Positions 50,876 through 64,000 of a stretch of DNA of 64,000 nt are shown piece by piece (position 1 is the stretch's first letter; every line of letters begins with the position of its first letter). The notes beneath the pieces are model-generated. The model did not search any database and was not told the DNA's origin. It saw only the letters and a list, made by a program, of their open reading frames with translations. This DNA comes from the human T2T-CHM13v2.0 reference genome, Homo sapiens, in NCBI RefSeq assembly GCF_009914755.1, contig NC_060925.1; one strand, 5' to 3'. The position numbers were made by a program, and so were the translations under genes.

Positions 50876-52018
50876 TGTTTCTCTCCCTTTCCTTTCAACC
50901 TAAGCGAAAATCTTAAAATATTTAATAGAAGCATGTATTTAGTTACCTTGAAATAAATACGTATATGGCAACTGAAATTTACACAGGTACCAAACCAATA
51001 AATGTATTCTAAACCAATAATTTTAGATTTGAAATGTAATACTGAAAACCATAAGTGTTATATTCAGAAAACTACATGAAACAATAGAAACATATATAAC
51101 AGGTAACTGTAAATTTGACGAACAAATAATGCAACCATAACTTCTCCATGACATATTAGTACACAGACAAATCATCTTGTGAAAGATGATGTGTTAATAC
51201 TTATCTTGATCAAAGAAGCATATTAGGCTCTACTGAAACCGAGAGGAAATATTCCTTGCTGTTATATTCTGGTCTCTGGTTGGCAGATTATTAGTGTTCA
51301 AGGAGAAGGGTTGTAGAGGTGGTCCCACATGGACTACGGTTTTATTGCACGATCTGTGAGGTGAGTTCCAAGCCTAAGGCTCTATGACATGGCAGACCTT
51401 GAGGTCTGAATTTGGACCTCACTCGACCTCCCTGACCATAAAAGAAAAGCCGATGACAGACATCTCATGGATAACTGAGAATGTGCTCTTTGTCAGCAAA
51501 AAAATCACCTGTTGAAATGACTAGTCAGACACCCTGTCAGGATACAGTCAAGACAAGAGGGCCTCAGTCACAATGCATGTGAATGGTGTCTGCAGTAAGC
51601 ACAGTTCTCATCAATCAAATAAATGGATGTTCCTATTTATAAAGCTGTTCAGTATTATTCCAGCCTGTTAAGTCTTCCAGTATCAAATCAATCATGTCAT
51701 TCCTGAATCCAGATATTCAACCCTACCTATATGTTAAGAAAATAATCTTCCACAGTGGCATTTGAGGGGTTCCTCCACCAGACTGCTACCTGAAAAATTA
51801 TCCCTGAATAGCACCCTACTGGATCATCCAATGAAAACGCTGTTTCTGGATGCCTAAGTGTTGAAATTGATACATGCCTTTACATAGAACCTTCATCCCT
51901 GTCCTGTGAACACATACAGAAGGATTAGTTTGTCAGACTATCTGATACTTCAAAAGGCTGAAAAGAAAGGATAAGGCACAGTAAAGTTAGGTGAGAGAAT
52001 GGAGTGGGAAAGTAAGTG

Positions 52019-52020
<2 letters not shown>

Positions 52021-52066
<46 letters not shown>
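52021..52066. repeat. (TG)n microsatellite
   Basis: seen directly. Confidence 0.95.
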
Positions 52067-52067
<1 letters not shown>

Positions 52068-54285
52068 GAGGAAAGAGCTGAAAAAGAAAACACAGAAAGA
52101 ACAGAGCAGAATAATTTATAAGCTCTTGGGAGCAATGGTAAGGAAGGAAAAGCTTTGAATTCAGGTCAGATTGCAATTAGCCAAGCTATCTTAGTAAGTA
52201 GGGTAGAGAGAATCTGATATCCCATACATTATTTTTATTTGACACTGAAAATATTTATTATATTTTATAGTGGATACACCTTCTGAATTATGTTATAGGT
52301 TAACACTGAAGATATGTTTCATCTACTAAACATATGACTGCTGGATAGTTGGGGGAAAATGGCTAGAAGTTTGCTAGGTAGCAGTAGAAAATCTAGCTGG
52401 GATTCAAAATATCTCAGGAATAACACATGATACAAATATTGCCTACTTAATCGTGAAATAGACTGCATTTGTATGGCTTGTATTTGTGTACAGGATGACT
52501 GTACTTATTTTGGTAAATAGATACTCGTACATTGTGTACACATGTGCTTTTGAGCCCTCTCTTTTCATAGTCTAGAAGTACCATAAAGAAAGGGACCATG
52601 TCTAGTGTTTTCTTTATACCTCCTTTAACTATCAGTAGTAATATACTGTGGATGCCCCAAAATGTTAACTTACCTATTTATGAGTTGCTTACATTTATAT
52701 TTTTCTTAGAGACATCAGTTTTTTTCTCAATGTATAAATAACTAGGTAAGGAATGGGATGGGACATTAATTTTCTCGAGAAATATTGCATGAAAAACTAG
52801 AAATACACAGGAAAAAACAAAAAAGATGGTCTCTGCCCTTCAGGTACTTATTGCCTGAGAAAGGAAACAAAGATAGAATCAGATATGGGCAACAACATGT
52901 TAGAGGTGCGATGATGGAAGTCAGTACAAGTACCACATGGGCATGGGAAACGTTCCACCTGTAACAAATATATGCCTCTTCTTGCCAGTTACAGGCATCA
53001 TCTGTATAGGATTCAGAAAGAAAAAAATATTTGTCTTAAGCTGAATGAAAACAATTCTGCAATTTTTATAGGAAATTCACATGACATTAAAAACAGGAAG
53101 ACAAAAACAACGCATACAGGGTCTGCAAGATTTAGAAATACAGATAGGTAGAGATGAAAGGGATCAACTAAAAGGATTCATGTTTATATAACCAGTCCCA
53201 GTCCCCATTTTTCTATTATTAAATAATAGATGATTGCATGTGGTATCTAAGTCAGAATAAACTTTAATTTACAGCTATACCATCTGTACTACTTACTATT
53301 TCTATTACGGCAACTTCTTTGAAGAAGGCATTTGATTTTAAAAGGAATGCCATATCTATTTTTAGAATTTTTTTTTTCTACAAAAAAAGGCCATAGACTG
53401 GAAGAAAGCACAGAGGCACAGGTGGCTAAATACAATTTTTCAATGAATAGAAATGAGCTAAAAGTCTCTAACATTTCCTTAAAATGTCTTATGATGTCAG
53501 AACAAATTGAACGAATAAGTTTATGTATTGCTCATGCATGCACATAATTTATTTGTGGCATAATGACTCAGATGCAGTGTTTGGCTAGTAAATTCCACTT
53601 CTGCATTTCTGTTCACTGCCTGTAAATATTATTGTTCTGCCATCCTGACTTAATTATTCCTAGATAAAAAGAGATACACATTTGGAAGAAGGCAAAAACG
53701 AAAGATTTTTACAATGTGAAATAAAGGATCTTGATATTAGGCGCATCTTATAGATAGCTGGCCGCATATGGGGAAAATTATATGCTGAAGCAAGAGTTAA
53801 AATAAAGGGGTTTATTAATTTTACTACTTTATGTTCTTGTGAAGAGCAGAATGGTAAGGAATACTGCCAGTGGTTATTTGTAAAACTGGATCAGAAATCA
53901 GACCAATAGAAAAAATACATGCTTCATACTTACCAGTGCCATGTGACGATTTTATGGTGTCCACAAAACAGTCCAATTGATAGACTCTCTCTTCTGTTCA
54001 AATGGCCAGGCCAATTCAAGTGAGAACCAGAATTTGTTTTAGATCTGAGTTTCCAGGACTGTCTCTGGTTCTTCCATAGGTTTTTCTAGAGGGGACTGAC
54101 CAAGTGGATCTACTCTCATCTGAAGACCATACTAGCCACCCACACTTACTTCAAGTGGTGCTGAATCCTCAAGGAAATTCCCTGACCTCTCAATCCTCAC
54201 CATCCACAGAGCTAAATCAGACTTTCTTTGTGGTAAAGAACACAAGGTCTAGAATTAGCCTCTCCAGATTACAATTCTGGCTCCG

Positions 54286-54617
<332 letters not shown>

Positions 54618-55231
54618 TTAAGTTCTCTGTGCACAAGTTGACTCACCTACAATATGAAAATTATACTAATACCTGCATCTTAGGGTTTTCAATGAAGATC
54701 AGATTAAATAGTGCATGTAGAAATGCTTAGCAATATATGTATAAATATTTGTTTAATGTATATTTATGTGTCTAAATAAATATAAATATATACATACATA
54801 TCTGCATTTGTATCTTTCACCTTCTTTGCACATAGGCATTCACACGACTTTGTTCTTACCTTGCAAATGTTATATACAAAATATATTCTAACATTTTCCC
54901 CATCCTTCTTCTCCATTCTATGCTGCCCTTTGCCAAGTGAACACAACTAGCCTAACCAGAAAGAGAGAAAAAAACAAACCTCACATCCCAGCAACTGTCA
55001 ATTTTTTGCCCATATTCATTCTTCTCACATTTCTTCCACTCTTGCAATAGCAAAGAGAAAATTAAAAACAGGTTGGGCAACTGATAATATTCTTTTTGCA
55101 TCACCAATTAGAATTCTGAGACTCTAAGTCATAAGGTAGGAACAGCTTCAGATGTGTTTTGAAAAACAGAAACAAACCCACATAGCACTCTGCCTGGGGA
55201 GAAAATCATTTCTCCCATGAATACTGATTCA

Positions 55232-55673
<442 letters not shown>

Positions 55674-57082
55674 TTACTCTTATGTGTATGCTGATACCTT
55701 CCTAGGAAAGAATCACTACCTCTCTATCAGAGTTTAAATGAAAAGAACCATTACTAGCTGAATGGGAAAGGCAAAAATGGAGCTACATCTTAGGCCTCCT
55801 AAATTTGCATTCAGTTCACTCAATCTTCACTGTAGCCACTTCTGGATCATCAAAGTCCACAGTACGGCTGAAGACCCTTAGCAAGGCAGGGCCTGTAATG
55901 TGATGCGGTAAGTGGGGATAGGCCTGGTGGCCCTTTTGTTTGCTTATTGGCCTAGCCTCAAAAATAAGACAAGGATTGGATGTCTTGGGGCTAATGGCTG
56001 GTTCTAAAGGCAAAACAGCCCTTCCAGGACAGTTGGGAAATAACAGTCCTTCCTCCCCTTAACACTGTATAGTGTATCAGGAAGCCACTCACCCAGGTGA
56101 AAGAGGGTCTAGGGCATTCCAGGAATGGAGAGGCCAGCGGATCTGTGAGAGACATTTTTTAATGCTACACACCCAGTGTCACTCAAATTGTCTCCCACCC
56201 TAGCCCCAGGGAGTCATGCTCCCTCAGTTCCTCCTTACAGTTGCTGGGTAAAGGAGGCTGCATGGATTCTGAAAAGCAAGTCAAGAGGAAGAGCTGCTGA
56301 CCTAAAAGTACTGTAGAAAACTGAGAGCAAAGGCTAAATGAAAGGATGGCAGCATTTAACACAGATAGAAAAGGATACTTCCTGCCTTTTTCCTGGCTCA
56401 AACTATGACTTCGACATGAAGTTTTGGACTGAGTGAGTCTGCCCGGAAGCACGCCATCAGAGGACACGTCAAGAAGCCAGTGAAAGAGAAGTGATGGCCC
56501 AGCGCGGGAGAAAGCAGTCACATATTCACATGTACTTTTCTCCTCTTTACTGAGGCGACAGTAAACCAGTGGCACCAGGAGCTGGGATTTGAGGGGCTGG
56601 AACTAGGTTGTGACCGGCCTGAAGAAGCAAAAGTCAGGAAAGCTTAGAAGGTCAAGTCCAAGCCACTGTCCCTTCAAGAGGGTGAGAATCCAGCTCAGGG
56701 AAGATAAATACCAGCAAGGGGTAGAGGCACTCCTGGAGCCACAGCTCAAAGATGGAGGGAGAGGGCAAAACAAGGCAGGACCAAACAAGAATGAGGCAGG
56801 GTGACAGCTAGAAAATAGCCCACCTCCCTTTCCAAGCAAACAAACCACACAAGGCTTCTATGCCCAGTGAAACTTCAAGATGAAGGGAAGGGACAGGAGG
56901 TGGGGATGTGGGAGAGGGGTAAGGACCTAGGATCAGCCACAGGGTATAAAGCCAACAGATACCCAGGAATCCAAGACAATTCAAATCAAACATCACATTC
57001 AAAGGTTGCATTGAGATGATGTATGAGGTTTGCTTCGAAATAATGGAAGGAGAACCCACAGTGTATATATTAAACAAAACTA

Positions 57083-57307
<225 letters not shown>

Positions 57308-57639
57308 TCAGAACACTTCCTTCTAAATGGAGATGACAATGGCTAGAAATTGAAAATGATATTCATGAAACATACCAGTTAGCACGGTTAGTGAAGGAGG
57401 ACACTTCTCATTCTGTAGCTCAAAATTTTCTCTCAATTTATATCTAAATAGAAGTAAGGGAATATTCAAGAAAGAGCGATGTGGTAGCAGAGCATCCTTT
57501 ATGCAGTGTTTGAGAGCAAAATCAAATGATGTTTCTTTTCCAACATTAACATGTTTAAATAAAGGATAATTCTATCCTTAGACCCTAGGATCTCCTCTTT
57601 ATAGCTTTTATTAGCAATATTTTATTTATATTATCTTAC

Positions 57640-57820
57640 AACAGCCCTGGGGGATAAGCAGAGCAATACTACTATGCTCATTGTATTGAAGAAAATAAGG
57701 CCACATGAGATTGGAAGAACCTGGCCAAAATCCAATGGCCATAGTGAGTAAAAGAAAGTGAAACTCAGAACTTCAAACCCAGGTCTTCTGACTCCAAACC
57801 CAGGCCCTTTTCACTAGCCT
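57640..57820 (-). mobile_element. MIR
   Basis: ttcaaacccaggtcttctgactccaaa. Confidence 0.7.
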
Positions 57821-58222
57821 GGGCAACTTAGTCCCATCTCCTGGGTTTCCTCCAGTTGCCAGCTTGGTGTTTCACACTGCTAATCTGCCTGTTAGTCTTT
57901 GCAACCTTGACTTAACAAATGATTGAAATGTAGTCTTGTGGTATTCTGGTATTCCAGAATATGATGCTATTTTTAAAGAACCAAGTATTCTTTTGGTATT
58001 TTTCTTGATGTAGTGCCATTATTTTGGTATTTAAAAATCTAAACTCTGAATTATGTGCATTATGATATATATTCAGAGAGTTATATACCACATTTAAATT
58101 TCATATCAAATTAAGCTGCTTTTAAATAGAAAGCATTCTGACTACACCACTTCCCTTTTAAAACTTGTTCAAAATGTTATCTGGCATTAATTCCAGTTTC
58201 CTAAATGACTAGTAAGACTGAG

Positions 58223-58624
58223 TGTGTTAGTCCATTTTCTTTGTTATAAAGGAATACCTGAGACTAGGTGATTTATAAAGAAGAGAGGTTTATTTTGGCT
58301 CACAGTTTTGTAGACTATATAGGAAGAAGGGTGCCAGCATCTGCTTCTAGTGGGCCTCCGGAAGCTTCCAATCATGGTGGAAGGTGAAGGGAGAGCAGGC
58401 ATATTAAATGCTGAGAGAGCAAGCGAGGGAGGGAGGTTCTGGGCTCTTTTAAACAATCAGGTCTCAGGTGAACTACCAGAGCAAGAACCCACTCATTACC
58501 ATGGGGATGCCACCAAGCCACTCATGAAGGATCTGCCTCCGTGACCCAAACACTGAAGTCCCACCTCCAACACTGGGGATCACATTTCAACATAAGATTC
58601 AGAAGGGACAGCCAAACCATATCA
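58223..58624 (-). mobile_element. MST (MSTB-like) MaLR solo LTR, complete
   Basis: TG...CA termini with perfect 5-bp TSD ctgag. Confidence 0.9.
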
Positions 58625-58637
58625 CTGAGCATTTGTG

Positions 58638-58937
58638 TTTTTTTTTTTTTTCTTTTGAGATGGAGTCTTGCTCTGTCATCCAGGTTGGAGTGCAGTGATG
58701 CGATCTCGGCTCACTGAAAACTCCGCCTCTGGATTCAAGTGATTCTCCTGCCTCAGCCTCCTGAGTAGCTGGGGTTACAGGCACCCACCGCTGCGCCTGG
58801 CTAAATTTAGTATTTTCAGTAGAGACGGGGTTTCACCACGGTGGCTAGGGTGGTTTTGAACTCCTGACCTCCGGTGATCTGCCCATCTCGGCCTCCCAAA
58901 GTGCTGGGATTACAAGCGTGAGCCACTGCACCTGGCC
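58638..58937 (-). mobile_element. AluS
   Basis: antisense dimer. Confidence 0.93.
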
Positions 58938-59674
58938 TCTTTTTTTATTTATAGTATTTTTATTTTCCCCAGAGTCAGTTTTAGTCTAATCAATTTCCAG
59001 AAATCTCAAATGCAATTTGACTGTTGTGGGGGTAGTGGGTGAGGAAAAGGCCTTAAGGAAAATGTAGAAGGACAGAAGTATTAGGGAGAAGAGGGGAAGA
59101 AAAGACGAAGAAATTTCCAGATTACTGGTTCTTCTCTTATTTCCTGAGAGCACCAAATTCATTTTCTTAAAGATAGACTGTTCTCTCCTAAGATAATTTA
59201 TTTTAACTTATTCACCAATTTATCCTTTTTAGAGAGATTTAGGCTGGCAGGGCAGAAGAACAACAGTCCTTGGTCTGGCTGTCTCTCAGGTTCATTATTT
59301 TCTCAGAACAAAGTGTGGAAAATGATGGCACCATGCTGATGGTATCTTTTCATAAAATACTGCTAGTCATGTCAGCATTAGTGCCAGTATTTCAGGGTTA
59401 TGAAAATAAATGTGACCAGTTTTGTCATCTTGTTCCAGTGTTGCAGCTACGAAACCTGACAGCTTGAAGTTCCAAACCAAGTACTGTGGCTTCTCTCCAG
59501 GCCTCTTGTGTCAAACCAGTCACCAAAGCTGTCAAAGCCAAACACGCATGGCCCTTACCAGAGCTCCCAATCCAACTGCCACAGGGTGAATCCTGCTCTA
59601 CTGTGACATGTTCTTGCTCTGGCTGGGGGAAATTCAAATTCTGGCATTACTGTCCTCATTCTCAATTCTGGTTA

Positions 59675-60070
<396 letters not shown>

Positions 60071-60124
60071 TTAAATTATGGTACATAATGCAGACACTGT
60101 AAGTCATTAAAAGAGTGAGTTCCA

Positions 60125-60164
60125 TACCTGGTTGATCCTGAAATAAAAAAGAAATAAAGAAAAA
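60125..60164 (+). pseudogene. Retroposed 18S rRNA 5'-terminal 16-mer with A-rich tail
   Basis: TACCTGGTTGATCCTG (18S nt 1-16) plus A-tail; 16-bp TSD aaaagagtgagttcca at 60109-60124 and 60165-60180. Confidence 0.85.
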
Positions 60165-60235
60165 AAAAGAGTGAGTTCCATTTACATGTACTGACATCAA
60201 AAGTCAAGATGGGTTGTTAAAGTGAAAAGGACAAG

Positions 60236-60430
60236 TCTATTGTAAATGGGGTAGTTTTCTTGATTTCTTTCTTAGATATTAGTGTATAGAAATGTCACTG
60301 ATTTTGTATGTAAATTTTATATCCTGCAACTTGGTTGAATTTGTATATTAGTTTTAACTCATTTTTTTAGTGGAATCTTTGGAGCTTTCTATATATAAGA
60401 CCATGTTATCTGCAAACAAGGATAATTTAT
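60236..60430 (-). mobile_element. L1M fragment
   Basis: ctattgtaaatggg...tatatcctgcaact...tatctgcaaac. Confidence 0.8.
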
Positions 60431-61272
60431 GTAACTAAAACTCTATCACTGGTATCTGTCTGTCTTCTGTCTGGTTGGTTATCTCTATTTCTACTTCAAA
60501 ATGAATAAAAAGAGGGCAGGAGAATTTATTGGACTGACTAACAGAAAAGCTTAAATGCACATAAAATGAATTTAGCACATAAATAGACATATTTAGCATC
60601 CAATTTTTTAGAAATGTAAAAATAAATTTGGAAGCAAAACATGAATGGAATGTAAAACACTTTTGGATGGGGGGAGCAGGCAGCCTGCCAATGCAATACC
60701 AGTGTAAAGCAAGCCAGCTGAGTTAGGAGGGGCCTCCAACAGAGTGAGGCAAACTGCCTGGCCCATTAGAAGGTGACTCTTCCCAACAGTGATGACATGC
60801 TCAGCGTTCTCCACCTTGACAATAGCAGAAGGTTTGTCATCTTTTGCTGACAGTCAGTTCATTACTGAGTCATATTCTATTAAATCCAGTGGTGCTCTCA
60901 TACCTTTTTTTCCCTTCCTTTTATTAAGAGACAGTGAGAGTTCTTTCATCTCCGGCTGAGGAGAAATCAGAAGCAGGCAAGCGTGATCACTGTCCATTAG
61001 CAGCAGCATTTGCTGGCAGCAAGAGGGGGAAGGGGTCCTCTGTTCTCCTGAGCTGCTGCAGCCGTGGGCTTAAAGGACGTGCCCACATAACTTGATTGAT
61101 CATCTCAGTCACAATTTTAAGATTTTAGCCTGGAAGTTCAATGTAGGTGCCATCATATGAAAGATTTAACAGATGTTAATATCCATAACGTTCATGTTCA
61201 TTATATGTATTTGACTCTTAACTAGGTTTTCTAATTTTCCTTTTTAATGTATTCTAGATATTAATCTCTTGG

Positions 61273-61374
61273 TTTTTTTTAACTTTTAAGTTTAGGGGTA
61301 GAAGTGCAAGTTTGTTACATAGGTAAACTTGTGTCATGGAGGTTTGTTGTACAGATTATTTTATCACCCAGGTA
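61273..61374 (-). mobile_element. Very short L1PA 3' end
   Basis: tttgttacataggtaaacttgtgtcatgg...atcacccaggta. Confidence 0.85.
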
Positions 61375-61421
61375 ATTTTCTTAATAACTGCCAAGAGCTC
61401 ACTATTCTTTTTTTCTGATAA

Positions 61422-61425
<4 letters not shown>

Positions 61426-61463
<38 letters not shown>
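61426..61463. repeat. (CT)n microsatellite
   Basis: seen directly. Confidence 0.95.
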
Positions 61464-61465
<2 letters not shown>

Positions 61466-61540
61466 CTCTTTTCCTCACCCCCAACCCTTACTATTTTAAT
61501 ATATACCCAACCTTTACTCTGTATTCCAGATGTTTATTCT

Positions 61541-61640
61541 GTAAATAATGGTTCTATGTACAACAAAGATAAGTTTTGCAACTTTACTCTGTAAATAATG
61601 GTTCTATGTACAACAAAGATAAGTTTTGCAACTTTACTCT
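61541..61640. repeat. Perfect 50-bp tandem duplication
   Basis: 61541-61590 is identical to 61591-61640. Confidence 0.95.
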
Positions 61641-62030
61641 TAGTATATTCTTACTTCCTAAAAATGAAGACAGAAAAAGTTTTAAATGCTATTATTATCA
61701 CATGATGTGACTGTAATACCTGGAAATCCCAAGAGAAGTAACTCAAAAGCATTATAAACAAGAAAAAAAAATCAGTAAACTGGCTAGGTAAAAAGTTAGT
61801 GTAAAATAAAGTAGTAGCTTTCCAATATACAAACAACAATCAAATGATAAATATAATTTAACAAAAGATGTACATAACAGTGATTAAAATATTCTTAGGA
61901 ATATATTTAACAATAAACATGCAAGATCTGTATTAAATAATTTTAATCCTGTATAAAATTTTAAAATCTTCATAATTTTGTTTTTTTAATTTAAAAAGGT
62001 AAAGTGAGAGTCTGGGTACGGTGGCTCATG

Positions 62031-62300
62031 CCTATAATCCCAGCACTTTGGGAGGCTGAGTCAAGGGGATCACCTGAGGTCAGGTGTTCAAGACCAGCCT
62101 GGTCGACATGGTGAAACCCCATCTCTACTAAAAATACAAAAATTAGCCCGGCATGGTGGCACAGGACTGTAGTCCCAGCTACTCAGAGGCTAAGGCAAGA
62201 GAATCACTTGAACCCGGGAGGCAGAGGTTACAGTGAGCTGAGATCGTGTCACTGCACTTCAGACATCAGAGCAAGACTCCGTCTCGAAATAAAATAAAAA
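62031..62300 (+). mobile_element. AluS
   Basis: Alu dimer. Confidence 0.93.
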
Positions 62301-62610
62301 TGTAAACAGAGATAAACAAGACTTAAAAAGAACTTAATTGGGTTTTGATGCAGGAGTCTTAGTATTATTATATAATGACAAACATCCTCCCTAAACTAAT
62401 ATATACATTTTAAGTGATCACTAAAAATAAGAACAAACCTTTTAATGTAAGCTGTTTTAAAGTTCATAGGAGAATAATAATAATATTTATGATTTTCAGA
62501 AAAAAATATTCTAAAAAAGGGGGTACTAGTCCTCTCGAAAGTTAAACATATTATAAAGCAATAGTAGCCAAAATGTCTAGTGTATCAATAGATATAAAGA
62601 CCAATCAACA

Positions 62611-62889
62611 GGCTGGACACAGTGGCTCACACCTGTAATCCCAGCACTTTGGGAGGCCTATGCAGGCAGATCACCTGAGGCCAGGAGTTCAAGACCAGCC
62701 TGGCCAACTAAAAATACAAAAAAAATTAGCTGGGCGTGGTGTTGCGTGTCTGTAATCCCAGCTATTGGGAAGTGCTGAGGCAGGAGGATCACTTGAGCCC
62801 CGCAGGCTGAGGCTGCAATGGGCCAAGATCGTGCAACTGCACTCCAGCCTGGGCAACAGAGTGAGACTCCATCGCCAAAAAAAAAAAAC
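62611..62889 (+). mobile_element. Alu (J/S-like) with internal deletion
   Basis: ggccaactaaaaat lacks about 21 nt of the left arm. Confidence 0.9.
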
Positions 62890-63555
62890 AACCAATTAAC
62901 AAAAGAGTCTAGACAGACGTACATGCATATAGGAAGGCAGATTATCAGAAATGGCCCCTTCAAATCAATGGGAAAGAAGAACTGTCAAGACCTAAATTGG
63001 ATATTATTGAGGAACCATCTGGAGAAGGAAAATAATTCTAGATATCAACCTCATACATATCAAGAAATTCATCATTTCTTACATCAAAATGAATTTTAGC
63101 TGCATCAAAGATTTAAAAGTAAAATAAAAATTGGCTACTTAAAATGTTTAAATTCCTGCTAATAAACTCAGGAAAATAATTTTTATACCACATAAAACAG
63201 ACAATGGGCTAATTTCTATGTTACATAAGGATCTACAAATACTTTTTGTAAGTTTTACAATCAAAATAGGTAAACAGGAAAATGGGCAAAAGCACGATAA
63301 TCCATTCACAGAAAATACAAATAGTTTTAAAACAGAAAGATGTCAAACTTTTACCCACAATAGGAGAAATGCAAATTAAAACCACAAGATTCTTTTTTTT
63401 TCTCCTATCAGATTGGAAAAGAACAAAATATTTGATTAAAAGCAATCTTGGGGAGAATGTGGTGGGAAAGGCATTCCCCTTGGGAATACAGACTGGTACT
63501 ATCCCAGGGAAGGGCCATTTTGGCAGTATCTATACACATTAAAATGCTCATACCA

Positions 63556-64000
<445 letters not shown>

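Larger units (their letters stand above)
61670..63555 (+). mobile_element. Old L1M ORF2 remnants with nested Alus
   Basis: gaaatgcaaattaaaaccacaagat, agtagctttccaatatac and other ORF2 landmarks. Confidence 0.7.

Noticed and set aside
61010-61035. CTCF-like motif ggcagcaagaggggg
   Set aside because: Imperfect match to the core; not supportable from sequence alone.

Overview
Primate (very likely human) genomic DNA, AT-rich and repeat-dense. Positions 1-33.2 kb hold the last 12 coding exons of a + strand WD40-repeat gene. I assembled them by hand: all introns are GT-AG, the phases are consistent, and the 1,195 coding nt give about 397 aa ending ...[27 protein letters not shown]. From memory this is WDR64 (human 1q43). 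The remaining ~30 kb is intergenic. Across the window are about 39 Alu copies or fragments, old L1/L2/MIR relics, MaLR and ERVL solo LTRs, DNA-transposon relics and microsatellites. The ORF track is almost entirely Alu/L1 or chance ORFs. I found no new multi-gene system. The most unusual signals are small: (i) a 16-nt exact 5' end of 18S rRNA with an A-tail and a perfect 16-bp target-site duplication (60125-60164); (ii) a tailless 25-nt U6 snRNA 5' fragment with a TSD in the last intron; (iii) two tandem Alus that share a private 6-nt insertion and sit among three copies of one target site; (iv) a perfect 177-bp three-step slippage duplication; (v) several potential alternative C-terminus splice features. 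Repeat subfamily names and boundaries are by eye and approximate.
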